NCBI RefSeq assembly: GCF_001194135.2
Contig: NC_068992.1
Location: forward strand, 34,351,288-34,415,287
Source: Octopus bimaculoides
Lineage: Eukaryota
Direction of reading: 5' to 3'
DNA length: 64,000 nucleotides
Positions 36,231 through 47,935 of the stretch are shown in pieces. The position numbers were made by a program, and so were the translations under genes. The number at the start of each line of letters is the position of its first letter. Within the stretch, counting starts at the first letter, position 1. The notes below the pieces were generated by a model. It saw only the letters and a program-made list of their open reading frames with translations, had not been told where the DNA came from and made no database searches.

Positions 36231-38297
36231 TCAAGTCATTATAAATTGCCCCAAATAATGCAGAAATCCATCCTGATCAAGAGGCCTATCCATTGGGAAA
36301 GACATAGTCTGACAAAATGCAAAAAAACTTAAATAAAAGCATTCTATTGTGAAAATTACCTAGCAATGGCAGGCTACTCAGCTGTATATTCTAAAATAGA
36401 CTTATTCTATGAACAGGAATATATTGGTGAGTGAGATATTTGAGTGATAGGAGATAGGAAGGACATCTGGTTGAAAAACTGATAGAAACTATCCTGTCAT
36501 CAGCACTTCATTGAGTATTGTATCTATGTCTAAAAACTATCTCAAAAATGTATTTTGGCTGTATGAAGCACATTACTGAGTTAAGATCATCTCAGATGAA
36601 AATTTCTCTTTAGGTGCCCAATTAGTATTTCCTCTAAAGGAATATTTTAACTGTGCATTTGTTTATTACTTAACAATACAGAATAATAACTGAATGGTAA
36701 TTCTCTGGAGATTAACATAGAATTAACTGGCATAGCTGGTGAGGCTAAGATCCACTCTAAACCATATTTGAGGTTGTTCAACAAACCAAAAGTTCTATGA
36801 GATATTTCATGAAAATTAAAAGGGCAGAATAAGTCTTAAGATTTAAAGGATTAACGTTCAATTAATCTAATCAACAATCATTAGTTGGTAATGCTTCTCA
36901 GAAAATGACTTAGAGGGGCTTTGTCAGACTAATTTGTCCAACATGCACAGGAAAGCAGTGTCAGTGAGTGCTTCTATCATTCCTATGAGATTTGTACACA
37001 AAATTTGACATGATAATGTGAAGCTCGTTGGTCATTTCATCTTATCTGCTGGTAATGAAATGTTTATACATAACTATAATACAATATCATTATAGAGCAG
37101 GTAATATTCCTCATTTACTGGCTATTTGTTGTAATAGCCTTATCACTCAATGATCATTTACTGTAACACATCAATTACATTCTTTCATTCCTTTGTTCTT
37201 TTGCTGGCCTCAGCTATAGGATTATAACTACACTACAGCTCTATTTGACCCTTGTACTACTTTATTAGGTAGTTATTTTAATGAGTTCTCTTCAACAAAT
37301 TTTTCATTTCATACCATGTGCTTATACCATTATACACACACACACACATATATATATACATATGTGAAACAAGCATCTGCAAAGTTTGTTTCCCAAATTC
37401 TATTCACAAAGCGTAGGTCAACCAAAGGCTGCTGTAGAGGACTAAGGTAACAAACAGTGGTATTGAACACAAACTACTTGATTATGCAATGGATTTCTTT
37501 ATCACATAGGCATGTCTAAATCTATTGGTTTAATATTTTTTCAATTTCAACATATTCTTTTGCCTGTCATGCTGTATATTGCAGTGTGTCTATGCCCAAA
37601 TAATACTTGTGTTGCTAATCCTTGGAGAATTAGGAAATTTGGTTTATTTTTACAACTTGCTTGACAACTTTGGAATTTGTAAGCCATATATCAGTTTTAG
37701 AAGATTTAAATATGAGGTATTAAACTCTATAAAGTGTTACATCAAACATCTTTCATAACAATGGTATTTATATACTAAAGGGCAGAAATACGAAAATCAA
37801 AGATAATGAAGGTGAAATTTGAACAGCTAAACTATTACCTCAAACATAGTTACTAGTTGGGTTAACTTTTATACTGACCTTCTGTCCAAAGATAATCATG
37901 CAATAATCTAATCAAGTCTTAAACTACTGCACTGTGAATATAATGTCTCCTCATTATTTTAATATCTGCTATTTTTTAAATTATTGCTGCAACGTGTCAT
38001 TCATTCCATTCAGTTAATCATGTTTCTTTAAAGATTTAAATGCATTTTTCTCATTTCCTAAGCTCTTCTTTGCAAAACACTATGCTAAATCAAAAACTAA
38101 CGTCTTATACATTGGTGTTTCATGAAATGAAGTAGAAATTATAAGCTTTGGTGCATATCTACTTCATTGAAAGGCTACACACAGTGCTTCATCATATGAA
38201 CACTTCTATATAGTTAGTCATTCTGCTAGAAATGAATAACCAAATCTCCCACAATAAACACTATGCTATCTTACAAAAAGGACAGGTAGTTGGGTTT

Positions 38298-38443
38298 TTG
38301 GTGTAAAAAGATATCCTACTATATATACTGAGTTCCTCCAGGCATATTATACTCACTTGTAGTATGTGGGTATACACACTACAAGTAAATACAAAATACC
38401 AAGAGGAACTCAGTATACGTAGCACTATATCTTTTTACACCAA
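38298..38443. repeat. 146-bp imperfect hairpin (MITE-like)
   Basis: TTGGTGTAAAAAGATAT/ATATCTTTTTACACCAA, TATACTGAGTTCCTC/GAGGAACTCAGTATA, ACTTGTAGT/ACTACAAGT. Confidence 0.85.
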
Positions 38444-38744
38444 GCACCTGAGGTGACACAGACTGCCCTGATTGATGCAACACATCTAGATGCACAACAT
38501 CTACTCATAAGGGACAGCTGCAGCATGGTTCGAAACAACTATTGTATTGAATAAAGATTCGTACAAAATCCATTTTCCATTTCCCTCATCAATTATAAAC
38601 TAAATGATTACTGCAAAATTCCTGTTGTAGATCTAGTGAAAATTATACTGTAACTGTGGATGACATCAAATAGCCCAAATGGTGAATGTGTTTTAATTGG
38701 CATACTAATAGACATATACCCAAAGTCCAAATAATTACTTCTGC

Positions 38745-39010
38745 GTGTGTGTGTGTGTGTGTGCTTCTATGTGTCTTTATGTCTGTTTGTTCCCTACGAC
38801 TGCTTGACAACTGGTGGTGCTGTGTTTATGTCCCTGTAATTTAATGGTACAGCAAAAAAGACTAATAGAATAAGTACCAGGCTTAACAAAAAAAAAAAAA
38901 AAAAAAAATAGTGGAGTTGATTCCTTTGACTAAAAAAAATTGTTCAAGGCAGTGCCCCCTCATGGCCACAGTCTAATGGCTGAAACAAGTAAAAGATAGA
39001 AGATAAAAGA
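38745..39010 (+). mobile_element. SINE family A, 3' half
   Basis: CTGCTTGACAACTGG..AATAGAATAAGTACCAGGCTT..CATGGCCACAGTCTAATGGCTGAAACAAGTAAAAGATA. Confidence 0.8.
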
Positions 39011-40689
39011 GATATTCTAACTCATTTCAGTAATTTTTCTTTTTAAGACAATTTGAAAGACACATGCATATGCATACTTAAATATACACATAAATGTTTG
39101 TAGGTATGCACAAACACACATATACACATACACACTCATACATATTTAACTGTTGCAAAAATCCATAAGTCTGCTGAAATTATGTTTTATATCACTCTAT
39201 AACTGATAAAAGCAATATTTGTAACATACTGAGATTAATTCAATCAATAAACTTACTGCTTATTAAGATATGATTTCTAATCAATTAAAATAAATTGATA
39301 TATAAGAAAAGAAACATGGACACTATTTTATTATTGTTGTTATTTTAGCCTTAAACCTAAAACCAGTGTATACTTTCAGAATAACCTACTTGATATTTGA
39401 CCACATAGTCATAAGCTGCCTTGATGAGGAACCTTTTACTCAGCTTCTCATGATTAGCTCAATTAATAACTGATTCCATTGCTACTTCTTAGCTAATATT
39501 TGAAAAGTTATCCAGTTCTAAAAAGAACTACATATTTATGAAGACCTATATGTAAATTTACAAAGACATAACAAAACAAAAAAATGAATTCTACACTTGC
39601 AGACAGGAAAATATAGATGTTAAAAATATATATAAATAATTTAATATCAAGCACATGAAACAATGTACAATCTTCTGGTAAAATGATATTTAAAAAAAAA
39701 AAACTGATTTTTCTAAAATATTTATATATGTAGGTGTAGAATGTATTTTTTATGTCAAAAATGGAGTTGAAATAATTCAAGATTCACCTTAGTTTAGATT
39801 TTATTGAAATGTGCATGATACTGTAAATCTTTGGCAATCAATATGAAACTTGTCAAAAATAATGTTTCTTTATGTGGATTGTTATATGAAAAATTTTAAG
39901 TATTAACATGAGGAACTCTGTTACTATTATTACAACATCACACAAAAGTGTTACAATATCTTAACTTGCATGCAGAACCAAATGGAAACTAAATTTCTAC
40001 TCACCAACAAGAGGCTACGTGGAAGATACTTAAATAGGTTAGAATACTTGTTTATATTTCTTATGCATTTAAGTGATTTTTCTTTTTATGATACTTAATT
40101 TGAAAAACACATAAATATACAGATAAATATTTATATACATGCACAAACACATATATACAGATGCACATTCTTACATATTTAACTCTGTGTTTCTTTCAAT
40201 TACTTTAAATATAACAAAGAATTTAGTAAAATAACTTAGTTATCATACAGCTAGTGTTAGGAGCATAAATTGTGACTAAAGTTTGGTGGAAGATTTTAAT
40301 TCAAAACTTATGAAAACAAGACATTTGTACTCAGAGCCAGAGCTGGTTTCATCCAGGCTGGTAACAAAAGGGTTAAGGACCAGATTATGTCTCCATGTAT
40401 ATCTATTCAATGCTAGTGAACATTTGGAAAGAATGTTTCAGTATTCTGACCTATTTGCGTTTGCATATATCATTCTGCATTTGCATTTGCATACATCATT
40501 CTCTGAGACATTTTGTCATACTAGATTTGCAGGTGATTGCAAGATATCATAGGATGAACAAATCAGAAAACTTAACTGAGATGTGGTCCACCTCCATATC
40601 CCATTCCAACTGATTTTTCTCTCAACACACTTCTTCCATCTTGTCATCTATGCTTTTAGTAATTTGGAGTTGAATTTTATTTCTGTTTG

Positions 40690-41240
40690 TAGATGCCATA
40701 ATTGAACCCAAATTAGGCGTGGTAGAGTAAGATAATTTTATAGAGTGTTTATTAGATATAGGGTAGTATTTATGGTGCTTGGGGAAATTTAGTTTAAGAA
40801 TTTTGAAGAACTGTTTTGGTAGATTTTTGTCTCTGAGAGAAAATGGCAGAGGGAAATTTTAAGGCATGATTATAAATTGGTGCACATGCATTTAAAATCT
40901 CCTCATTTGCTGATAAGTTGGATATTCTAATGGATATTCTAATACTATCGATGGTTAATTGCGGATGATTAGAAGAGATGTTTATATATTGTAATATTTG
41001 GTTTGGTTTGATTTGCTGTATGAATAATATAATTAATGTTTAAATTAAGTGTGACATCTAAAAAGTTGGCGATTTTTGTGTCAGTTTCAAATACAATATT
41101 GAGATTAAAGAAATTCAAAAGAAATTTTCTTAATGACTTCTTAATTTGCTCAGTCTACGGTTTCGATAAACCATTTACTACCAAGTGTACATCGTCCCTA
41201 GAGAGCCCACCAGAAATGTTTGGAGAACTTTTCTTGATTT
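40690..41240 (-). mobile_element. Penelope-like element RT C-terminal and linker remnant
   Basis: GGLSRDDVHLVVN..TEQIKK..NFLDVTLNL; SSNHPQ..RISNLSANEEILNA..YNHALK; FPKHHK..IKLSYSTTPNLGSI. Confidence 0.85.
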
Positions 41241-41804
41241 GAGACAGGAGATACAGACCCACAAGGTCTGTCAGCTGGGCTGAAACTGACGAAGACATAG
41301 TGATATTAAAGTAGTTCGTCGAGTCACTTCTAATCCAATTATGATCCTTAAAATTAAAGATTTTCTTGCTGTCAAGATAATATCAATATCAGACCAAGGG
41401 ATGTTTGAAAATATTTTTTTGAATTTCTACATTTTAAATGTCAGAGATTACAAGTACGCAAAACAAGAACATTTTTTTATTTCACCCTCCCCACCCTATC
41501 CCCCACCAACAATTTAAAATCTTGAACTTTTTCTGAAATTCTTTCTTAAAACCACCTTTTCCAAATTTCAAATGTCCACCTCAACCTCCCCATCTCCCAA
41601 ATTTTTAACTTTTCAAATTTCACCTTGCCTCTTCAGTGGACCTCACGCACAGTCTCCCACCCTACTCACACAGAGAAACAGACATTTCCGATTTCTTTTC
41701 AGCAGGTTCCTATGTTTCCAATGACAGAAATTATGAATATGCAAGAAACCACATTTTCAAAATTTTAAATTCAGTAAGCATAGAGTTATGTGCATAAAGA
41801 GATA

Positions 41805-41860
41805 GATGACAGATAGATAGATAGATAGATAAATAGACAGATAGATAGATAGATAGATAG
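41805..41860. repeat. (GATA)n microsatellite
   Basis: Direct reading. Confidence 0.95.
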
Positions 41861-42085
41861 TGATGAATAAACAGATAGGTATAAATAGATAGACAGCCAA
41901 ATAAATGAGTAGATGGAAAAGTTTTACAACTATCTAAGGCAAACACATAAAACGCAAATTCTTTTCACTTTAATGTTTTTGTCTATATATAATTTCAATT
42001 TGGATATGTTCATCATTTCGCTACAATCTCTTCAAAGTAAACAAAATTAAAATCTTAAATTTGGTGGGGTGAAATCTAAAAATTT

Positions 42086-42172
42086 NNNNNNNNNNNNNNN
42101 NNNNNNNNNNNNNNNNNNNNNNNNNNNNNNNNNNNNNNNNNNNNNNNNNNNNNNNNNNNNNNNNNNNNNNNN
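42086..42172. other. Assembly gap (N run)
   Basis: Continuous Ns. Confidence 1.
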
Positions 42173-42340
42173 CATTTTTCAAAGAGAGGTGTGAAACTGC
42201 ATTAGCTACATGAGTGTGTGTGTGTGCGTGTGTTTGTGCTTGTATTTATTTATCTATTTATTTATTTATGTGTTTCAGCCAAGTGGCTGCGGTTATGCTG
42301 GTGCACAGTTTCAATAAAGTGTATTTGATATATATATATA

Positions 42341-43575
42341 AATAATACAAATAATATGTGAGTATATGCATACATACATACATGTATGTACATACCTACA
42401 TCTACATGTATATATAGATGCATATTTGGGTACAGGACGTTACAAAAAAACGTGGACAAAATGAAAAATAGAACATAAACAGAGTACAGAAAACACATAG
42501 GCCACATAGAGAACATTTCCTTCATCAGCTGCCACCATTCTAAAACTAAGCGTTTCGAAGAGTTAGGGCAGGACGCATTGTTAGAATTGCTCTTCCCATG
42601 GAAGCAAATTAAGTTTGTAGTGTGGAGGTATTATCGTGGCGAACAGAAATCATGGCAGGAAAACAAAACAGTGAAAATAAATAAGAGCTAGAATGATAGC
42701 AACTGATGAAGGAAATATTCTCTATGTGGCCTGGGCGTTTTCTGTACTCTGTTTATGTTCTGTTTTTCATTTTGTCCACGTTTTTTGTAACGTCCTGTAC
42801 CCAGATATGCATCTATGTATACATGTACGTATATATGTATATACTCACATATTATTTGTATTATTACATGATCGAACGCACGAATCATCTTTGCAAGTAA
42901 GTTTTAACTTTATATTTCTGAAACGACTATATATCTTTGTATCTTTCTCCCCCTCTCGTTCTTCCTTCTGTTGTTCTTTGCCTCTACCCTTTACTACTAT
43001 ATCTCTCTCTCTTCCTCCCTGTCTCTCGTTGCTCACCTATATTCTACTTCCACCCCTTTTTTTCTTTCTCTATCACTCTTTCTCCTTACCCCTCGCTGGT
43101 CACGTGTGTCCAGCTTCTGCCTCCTTTCTTATCTTGGCTACTGCCAAGCCAGCGCGAACTTCTTTTCTCTCCCTTCAAGTTCGTCTCATCACAGCATTCA
43201 GTATACATATATATTTTTTCACGTCTGGCCCTACCAGCCCTTCTTGCTTATTTTCACTGTTTCGTTTTCTTGTCATGTTTTCTGTTCGCCACGATATTCC
43301 TCCGCACTACAAACTTAATTTGTTTCTCCGGGAAGAGCCATTCTAACAATGCGTCCTGCCCTAACTCTTCGAAACGCTTAGTTTTAGAATGGTGGCTGCT
43401 GGTGAAGGAAATGTTCTCTATGTGGCCATTGTGTTTTCTGTACTCTGTTTATGTCCTGTTTTTCATTTTGTCCACATTTTTTTGTAACGTCCTGTACCCA
43501 AATATGCATCCATATATACATGTAGATGTAGGTATGTATATATGCATATACTCACATATTATTTGTATAATTACA
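42341..43575. mobile_element. Non-autonomous PLE/retrozyme-like element: inverted full repeat (42341-42680), partial direct repeat (42689-42875), CT-rich internal region, full direct repeat (43248-43575)
   Basis: Three copies of a ~330-bp unit. The direct copies are offset by 696 bp (CTGATGA at 42703, CTGGTGA at 43399). Confidence 0.8.
42515..42576 (-). ncRNA. Candidate non-circularly permuted hammerhead ribozyme
   Basis: Minus strand reads GCG-TC-CTGCC ctaa CTCTTC-GAAA-CGC (16 nt) GGCAG-CTGATGA-AGGAAAT. All core nucleotides are present; stem I 5 bp, stem III 4 bp, stem II weak (3 bp). Confidence 0.55.
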
Positions 43576-43587
43576 TGATCGAATTCA

Positions 43588-44923
43588 CAGGGCCTTAGAG
43601 TCAACCTAGCTAAAACCAAAATCCCAATAAGTAGGAAGGTAGATAAAACACAAACCCCTTCAGGTAGATGGCCCTGCTCAGTATGTAGAAAAGGACTAGG
43701 TAGTAACTCTATAAGATGTACCCGGTGCAAGCTATGGACATATAAGAGGTGCAGCAACATCAAAGGCAGGTTAGCTAGGAAGTTAGTTTTTGTTTGTGGC
43801 AGATGTTCAGGTGCAATAAAAACTGTAAACAAACAGGAAACAACTTCTATCTCATTCCAGGGTGATAAACTAGAGGTAGTCGATAGCTTCCGCTATCTGN
43901 NNNNNNNNNNNNNNNNNNNNNNNNNNNNNNNNNNNNNNNNNNNNNNNNNNNNNNNNNNNNNNNNNNNNNNNNNNNNNNNNNNNNNNNNNNNNNNNNNNNN
44001 NNNNNNNNNNNNNNNNNNNNNNNNNNNNNNNNNNNNNNNNNNNNNNNNNNNNNNNNNNNNNNNNNNNNNNNNNNNNNNNNNNNNNNNNNNNNNNNNNNNN
44101 NNNNNNNNNNNNNNNNNNNNNNNNNNNNNNNNNNNNNNNNNNNNNNNNNNNNNNNNNNNNNNNNNNNNNNNNNNNNNNNNNNNNNNNNNNNNNNNNNNNN
44201 NNNNNNNNNNNNNNNNNNNNNNNNNNNNNNNNNNNNNNNNNNNNNNNNNNNNNNNNNNNNNNNNNNNNNNNNNNNNNNNNNNNNNNNNNNNNNNNNNNNN
44301 NNNNNNNNNNNNNNNNNNNNNNNNNNNNNNNNNNNNNNNNNNNNNNNNNNNNNNNNNNNNNNNNNNNNNNNNNNNNNNNNNNNNNNNNNNNNNNNNNNNN
44401 NNNNNNNNNNNNNNNNNNNNNNNNNNNNNNNNNNNNNNNNNNNNNNNNNNNNNNNNNNNNNNNNNNNNNNNNNNNNNNNNNNNNNNNNNNNNNNNNNNNN
44501 NNNNNNNNNNNNNNNNNNNNNNNNNNNNNNNNNNNNNNNNNNNNNNNNNNNNNNNNNNNNNNNNNNNNNNNNNNNNNNNNNNNNNNNNNNNNNNNNNNNN
44601 NNNNNNNNNNNNNNNNNNNNNNNNNNNNNNNNNNNNNNNNNNNNNNNNNNNNNNNNNNNNNNNNNNNNNNNNNNNNNNNNNNNNNNNNNNNNNNNNNNNN
44701 NNNNNNNNNNNNNNNNNNNNNNNNNNNNNNNNNNNNNNNNNNNNNNNNNNNNNNNNNNNNNNNNNNNNNNNNNNNNNNNNNNNNNNNNNNNNNNCTGTAG
44801 AAACTCTGCCAAATTTAGATTGGAGCCTGATGTTGTCATCCGGTTTCACCAGTCCTCAGTCAAATCGTCCAACCCATGCTAGCATGGAAAGCGGACGTTA
44901 AACGATGATGATGATGATGATGA
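43588..44923 (+). mobile_element. Young 5'-truncated RTE LINE spanning the gap 43900-44794
   Basis: Open frame 43588-43899: QGLRVNLAKTK..WPCSVCRKGLGSNSIRCTRCKLWTYKRC..FVCGRC..LEVVDSFRYL. After the gap comes the same 3' tail as 100-230, ending in (GAT)n. Confidence 0.85.
43900..44794. other. Assembly gap (N run)
   Basis: Continuous Ns. Confidence 1.
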
Positions 44924-45099
44924 TCATGTATGTGTGCATGTATTTAAGAAAACAAAAAATTTTAAAGATGATAAAAGCAAAAGCTAAATGGATAAAGGTT
45001 AAAAGTTCAATTATTTTTGATAGTGGTTTGGTCAAGGACTTTATTTTTATGTGTATGATTGTATATATATGTGTATCTTTATTTTGTGGAGAATTGTAT

Positions 45100-45360
45100 T
45101 CATACACACATGTGCGTGCATGTATGTGCGTGCATGTATGTGTGTGCATGTATGTGTGTGTATAGCAGGAGATAGAAAAATGGAGGTGGTGAGATAAAAT
45201 TTCTTGTCTCTCGTTCAAAAGGGAAAATCTCTTTGCAATGGCACCCATTCAGGTTTTGGACAAACACAAACACACACCCGCGCACACATACACACATATA
45301 TACACACATACACAAATACACACACACACACACACATGCGCACACAGACATACACACACA
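45100..45360. repeat. Degenerate GT/CA microsatellite blocks in opposite orientation
   Basis: TGTGCA-type array 45105-45160; CA array 45260-45360. Confidence 0.85.
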
Positions 45361-45731
45361 CGGGGCTATAGTAGGAGACATTTGATGTCACACACTGGTG
45401 CTAAATTCAGAAACATATAGCTAAGGAACAAAGTTCCTACCACACAGACAAGATTGTGTCTTACAATAGAGCTTATGGAAAAAATATAATTGGTAAGTAT
45501 ATAACCAGCTTCTGAAAATTTCTAATTAATAATTATTATTAATTTGCATTTTATGTATATCTCTTTCAGCGTAACAACATGCAACAAATAAAAGTTTCTT
45601 TGGGATCTTTGCCAGAATATATTTAAAAGGCATAGGTAGTTTAGATGTAGTTAAAATTTATAGTTTAACAACACCCAACTCAATTTCAGTAAGAAATAAT
45701 GTTTTACCTCGTTTTTCTTTTTTGTTGTTCT

Positions 45732-45989
45732 ATCAACTAATCTCATCTCCTAATATACCACAAAGACATTTTATCCACTGTAATCGGAGTGGAGTAGGCC
45801 CTTGGAATCCTCCTCTCACCTTGGTGTTATATGTTTCCTTATTTTATTTTTTTTGTGTGTGTGTGCTAACAACTTGTCTTGGCTCCTAGTATATTAGGCA
45901 TAAAAAAACAGCCACTATTCTGATCTCCTAATATGCCACAAAGGAGTAAAAAGTCCTCTGCAGTATATTAGGAGGTGAGATTAGTTGAT
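45732..45989. mobile_element. MITE-like element with 27-bp TIRs
   Basis: ATCAACTAATCTCATCTCCTAATATAC and GTATATTAGGAGGTGAGATTAGTTGAT (1 mismatch); the CTCCTAATAT motif recurs internally. Confidence 0.7.
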
Positions 45990-47839
45990 TGCACCTGAAA
46001 ACAAAATGAGGAAAAAAAATATCTCCGAAGTGGTGGGGAGGGAATGTCCAAGGTGAAAGTTGACTGGGAACCTGGGACCCTCCAAAATTGTTGCCAATTG
46101 GGCTCCACACCTCCTAAGTGGCCTTTTCCAAGTGGCCTTTTCTGATCTCTTGGATACCATTCAGCAAGTGCACAGGTCCATTTGTTGTCTGTGAACCTTG
46201 TACCATGTCAAACCTAACAGAAGTGGTGCTTTCAGTATTCTGTAATGACATCATTCATTTTGTGCTATTATTGAATCATCTCATTTCAAATTTGCTCTCA
46301 TAATGATATTCCTCCCATTTGGTTTTAACCTTGTTAATTTTTATATTTATATGTCACATAAAATTGATGAAATCAGATGTAACTAAATATGGTGTGTATA
46401 CAAAGAATTTGCCTCAGTAAAATGGGGAAGATGTATTTATTACACCTAGATATAGTGTTGTTAAGGATGATAACCAAATAAAGTGGATAGAATAGCGAAG
46501 TTCCTGTGATTTGCACTTTTAAGACGTCAACAAAGGAAGAAACACCAACATAAACGGAACCATATTAATTACAGAGAATAAATCTGTCATAGCTATAAGC
46601 TATGTTAAAAATTTAAAGAGTTCTCTATGGCTACATTAATTGCTATTCAATCAAAATTATGATTCCATTAAGATGTGTGAATTGACAAAAAGTTTGCACA
46701 GCATGATTAAAGAAACCAAATGTATACTCTTGGAATCTAAGAGCAAAATGTATTTTCAAATCCTTTTTGAAAGCCATTTAACTTCACTTACAATGATAAT
46801 GAAACATTATATATAGAAATACTTACCATTGTTCTTGTTCACAAGAAACTAATTCTTGATCAGACAAGAGTGGCAAGTTATTCAATTTGATTAAATATTA
46901 GAGTTAGAATATTTAATGAAATTCTTGCATTTAGATTAGGCTCAAATCCTATAAGTTTATAGTCCAATATCTTTTGAGCCTATTCACTTCTTTCATTTCC
47001 TGGAAATAATTTCAGTTTTTATTGGAGACCAGTAAACAACTGTTACCTGACAAAAATGCTAGCAAAACTTAGGATTTGAAAATGAATGCATTAGTAAAAT
47101 GTTTATTGTCTTTTGATTCCAGAAGCAAATTGAAATACATGTTTCTCCTTAGAGCAATATTCTATTTTGTCTACCTAAAATAACATGTTCTATTCTGTAT
47201 TATAAGTAGTGCTATAGTCTCTCAATAAGATGATGAACATTTTGACAACATATTCCATATTTTCAAATTTTAAATTTCCATGCATTTTCGTCTAGTATCA
47301 ATTTTTCATTAGCACCCAATAACAATTAAAATTGTTTCCAATAAATGAAAAAGTGAAAAGAACTAGAGGATAGATTTTTGTACTATCAACATATTGGTCT
47401 TTAGCTCAATCTAAATAAAAATATGATAAAGTGACAGTAAGCTACATAATGCATAATATATTCTGTATCATTGACATTCTCATCACATCAGTAAAATATG
47501 AAGAAACTGAATTCATATACTGAAACTTTTGCTTTGTATGTGAATTATCCCAAGATCAAAACATAAAGTTTTATACTTTAGGGTTGGCAGACATCAGAAT
47601 TAGTGGAGATGTGAAGAAAATGTTTTGCAGTATATATTACTTCCATTTACCTTATTTCAAATACTGTAAGAGTTGAATTTGATAAGCAGGGATCCAGAAC
47701 AAAGATCAGCTGAATGGACAACATCCTTCTTCAAGAGATTTTGTCTTGCACTAATATTAAAATTATTATTGACATCATTCTTGTAGAATATACAGTTTAG
47801 ATATTTAGAGTTAAAGGTATTTGCATATACATCCCTATT

Positions 47840-47935
47840 TATTTGTCTGTCTGTCTGTCCATCTATCCATCTATCTATCTATCTATCTATCTATCCATCT
47901 ATCCATCTATCCATCCATCCATCTATCCACCTACA
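47840..47935. repeat. (CTGT)/(ATCT)/(ATCC)n microsatellite
   Basis: Direct reading. Confidence 0.95.

Noticed and set aside
41285-41330. CTGACGAAGAC..GTCGAG hammerhead-like string
   Set aside because: GAAA is absent and there is no stem I or III; it is better explained as a GACGAA/TTCGTC hairpin.
46815-46890. Minus-strand LSDQELVSC followed by GTAAGT, resembling a papain-family exon
   Set aside because: There is an in-frame stop just upstream, no AG acceptor in between, and no other protease exons were found.
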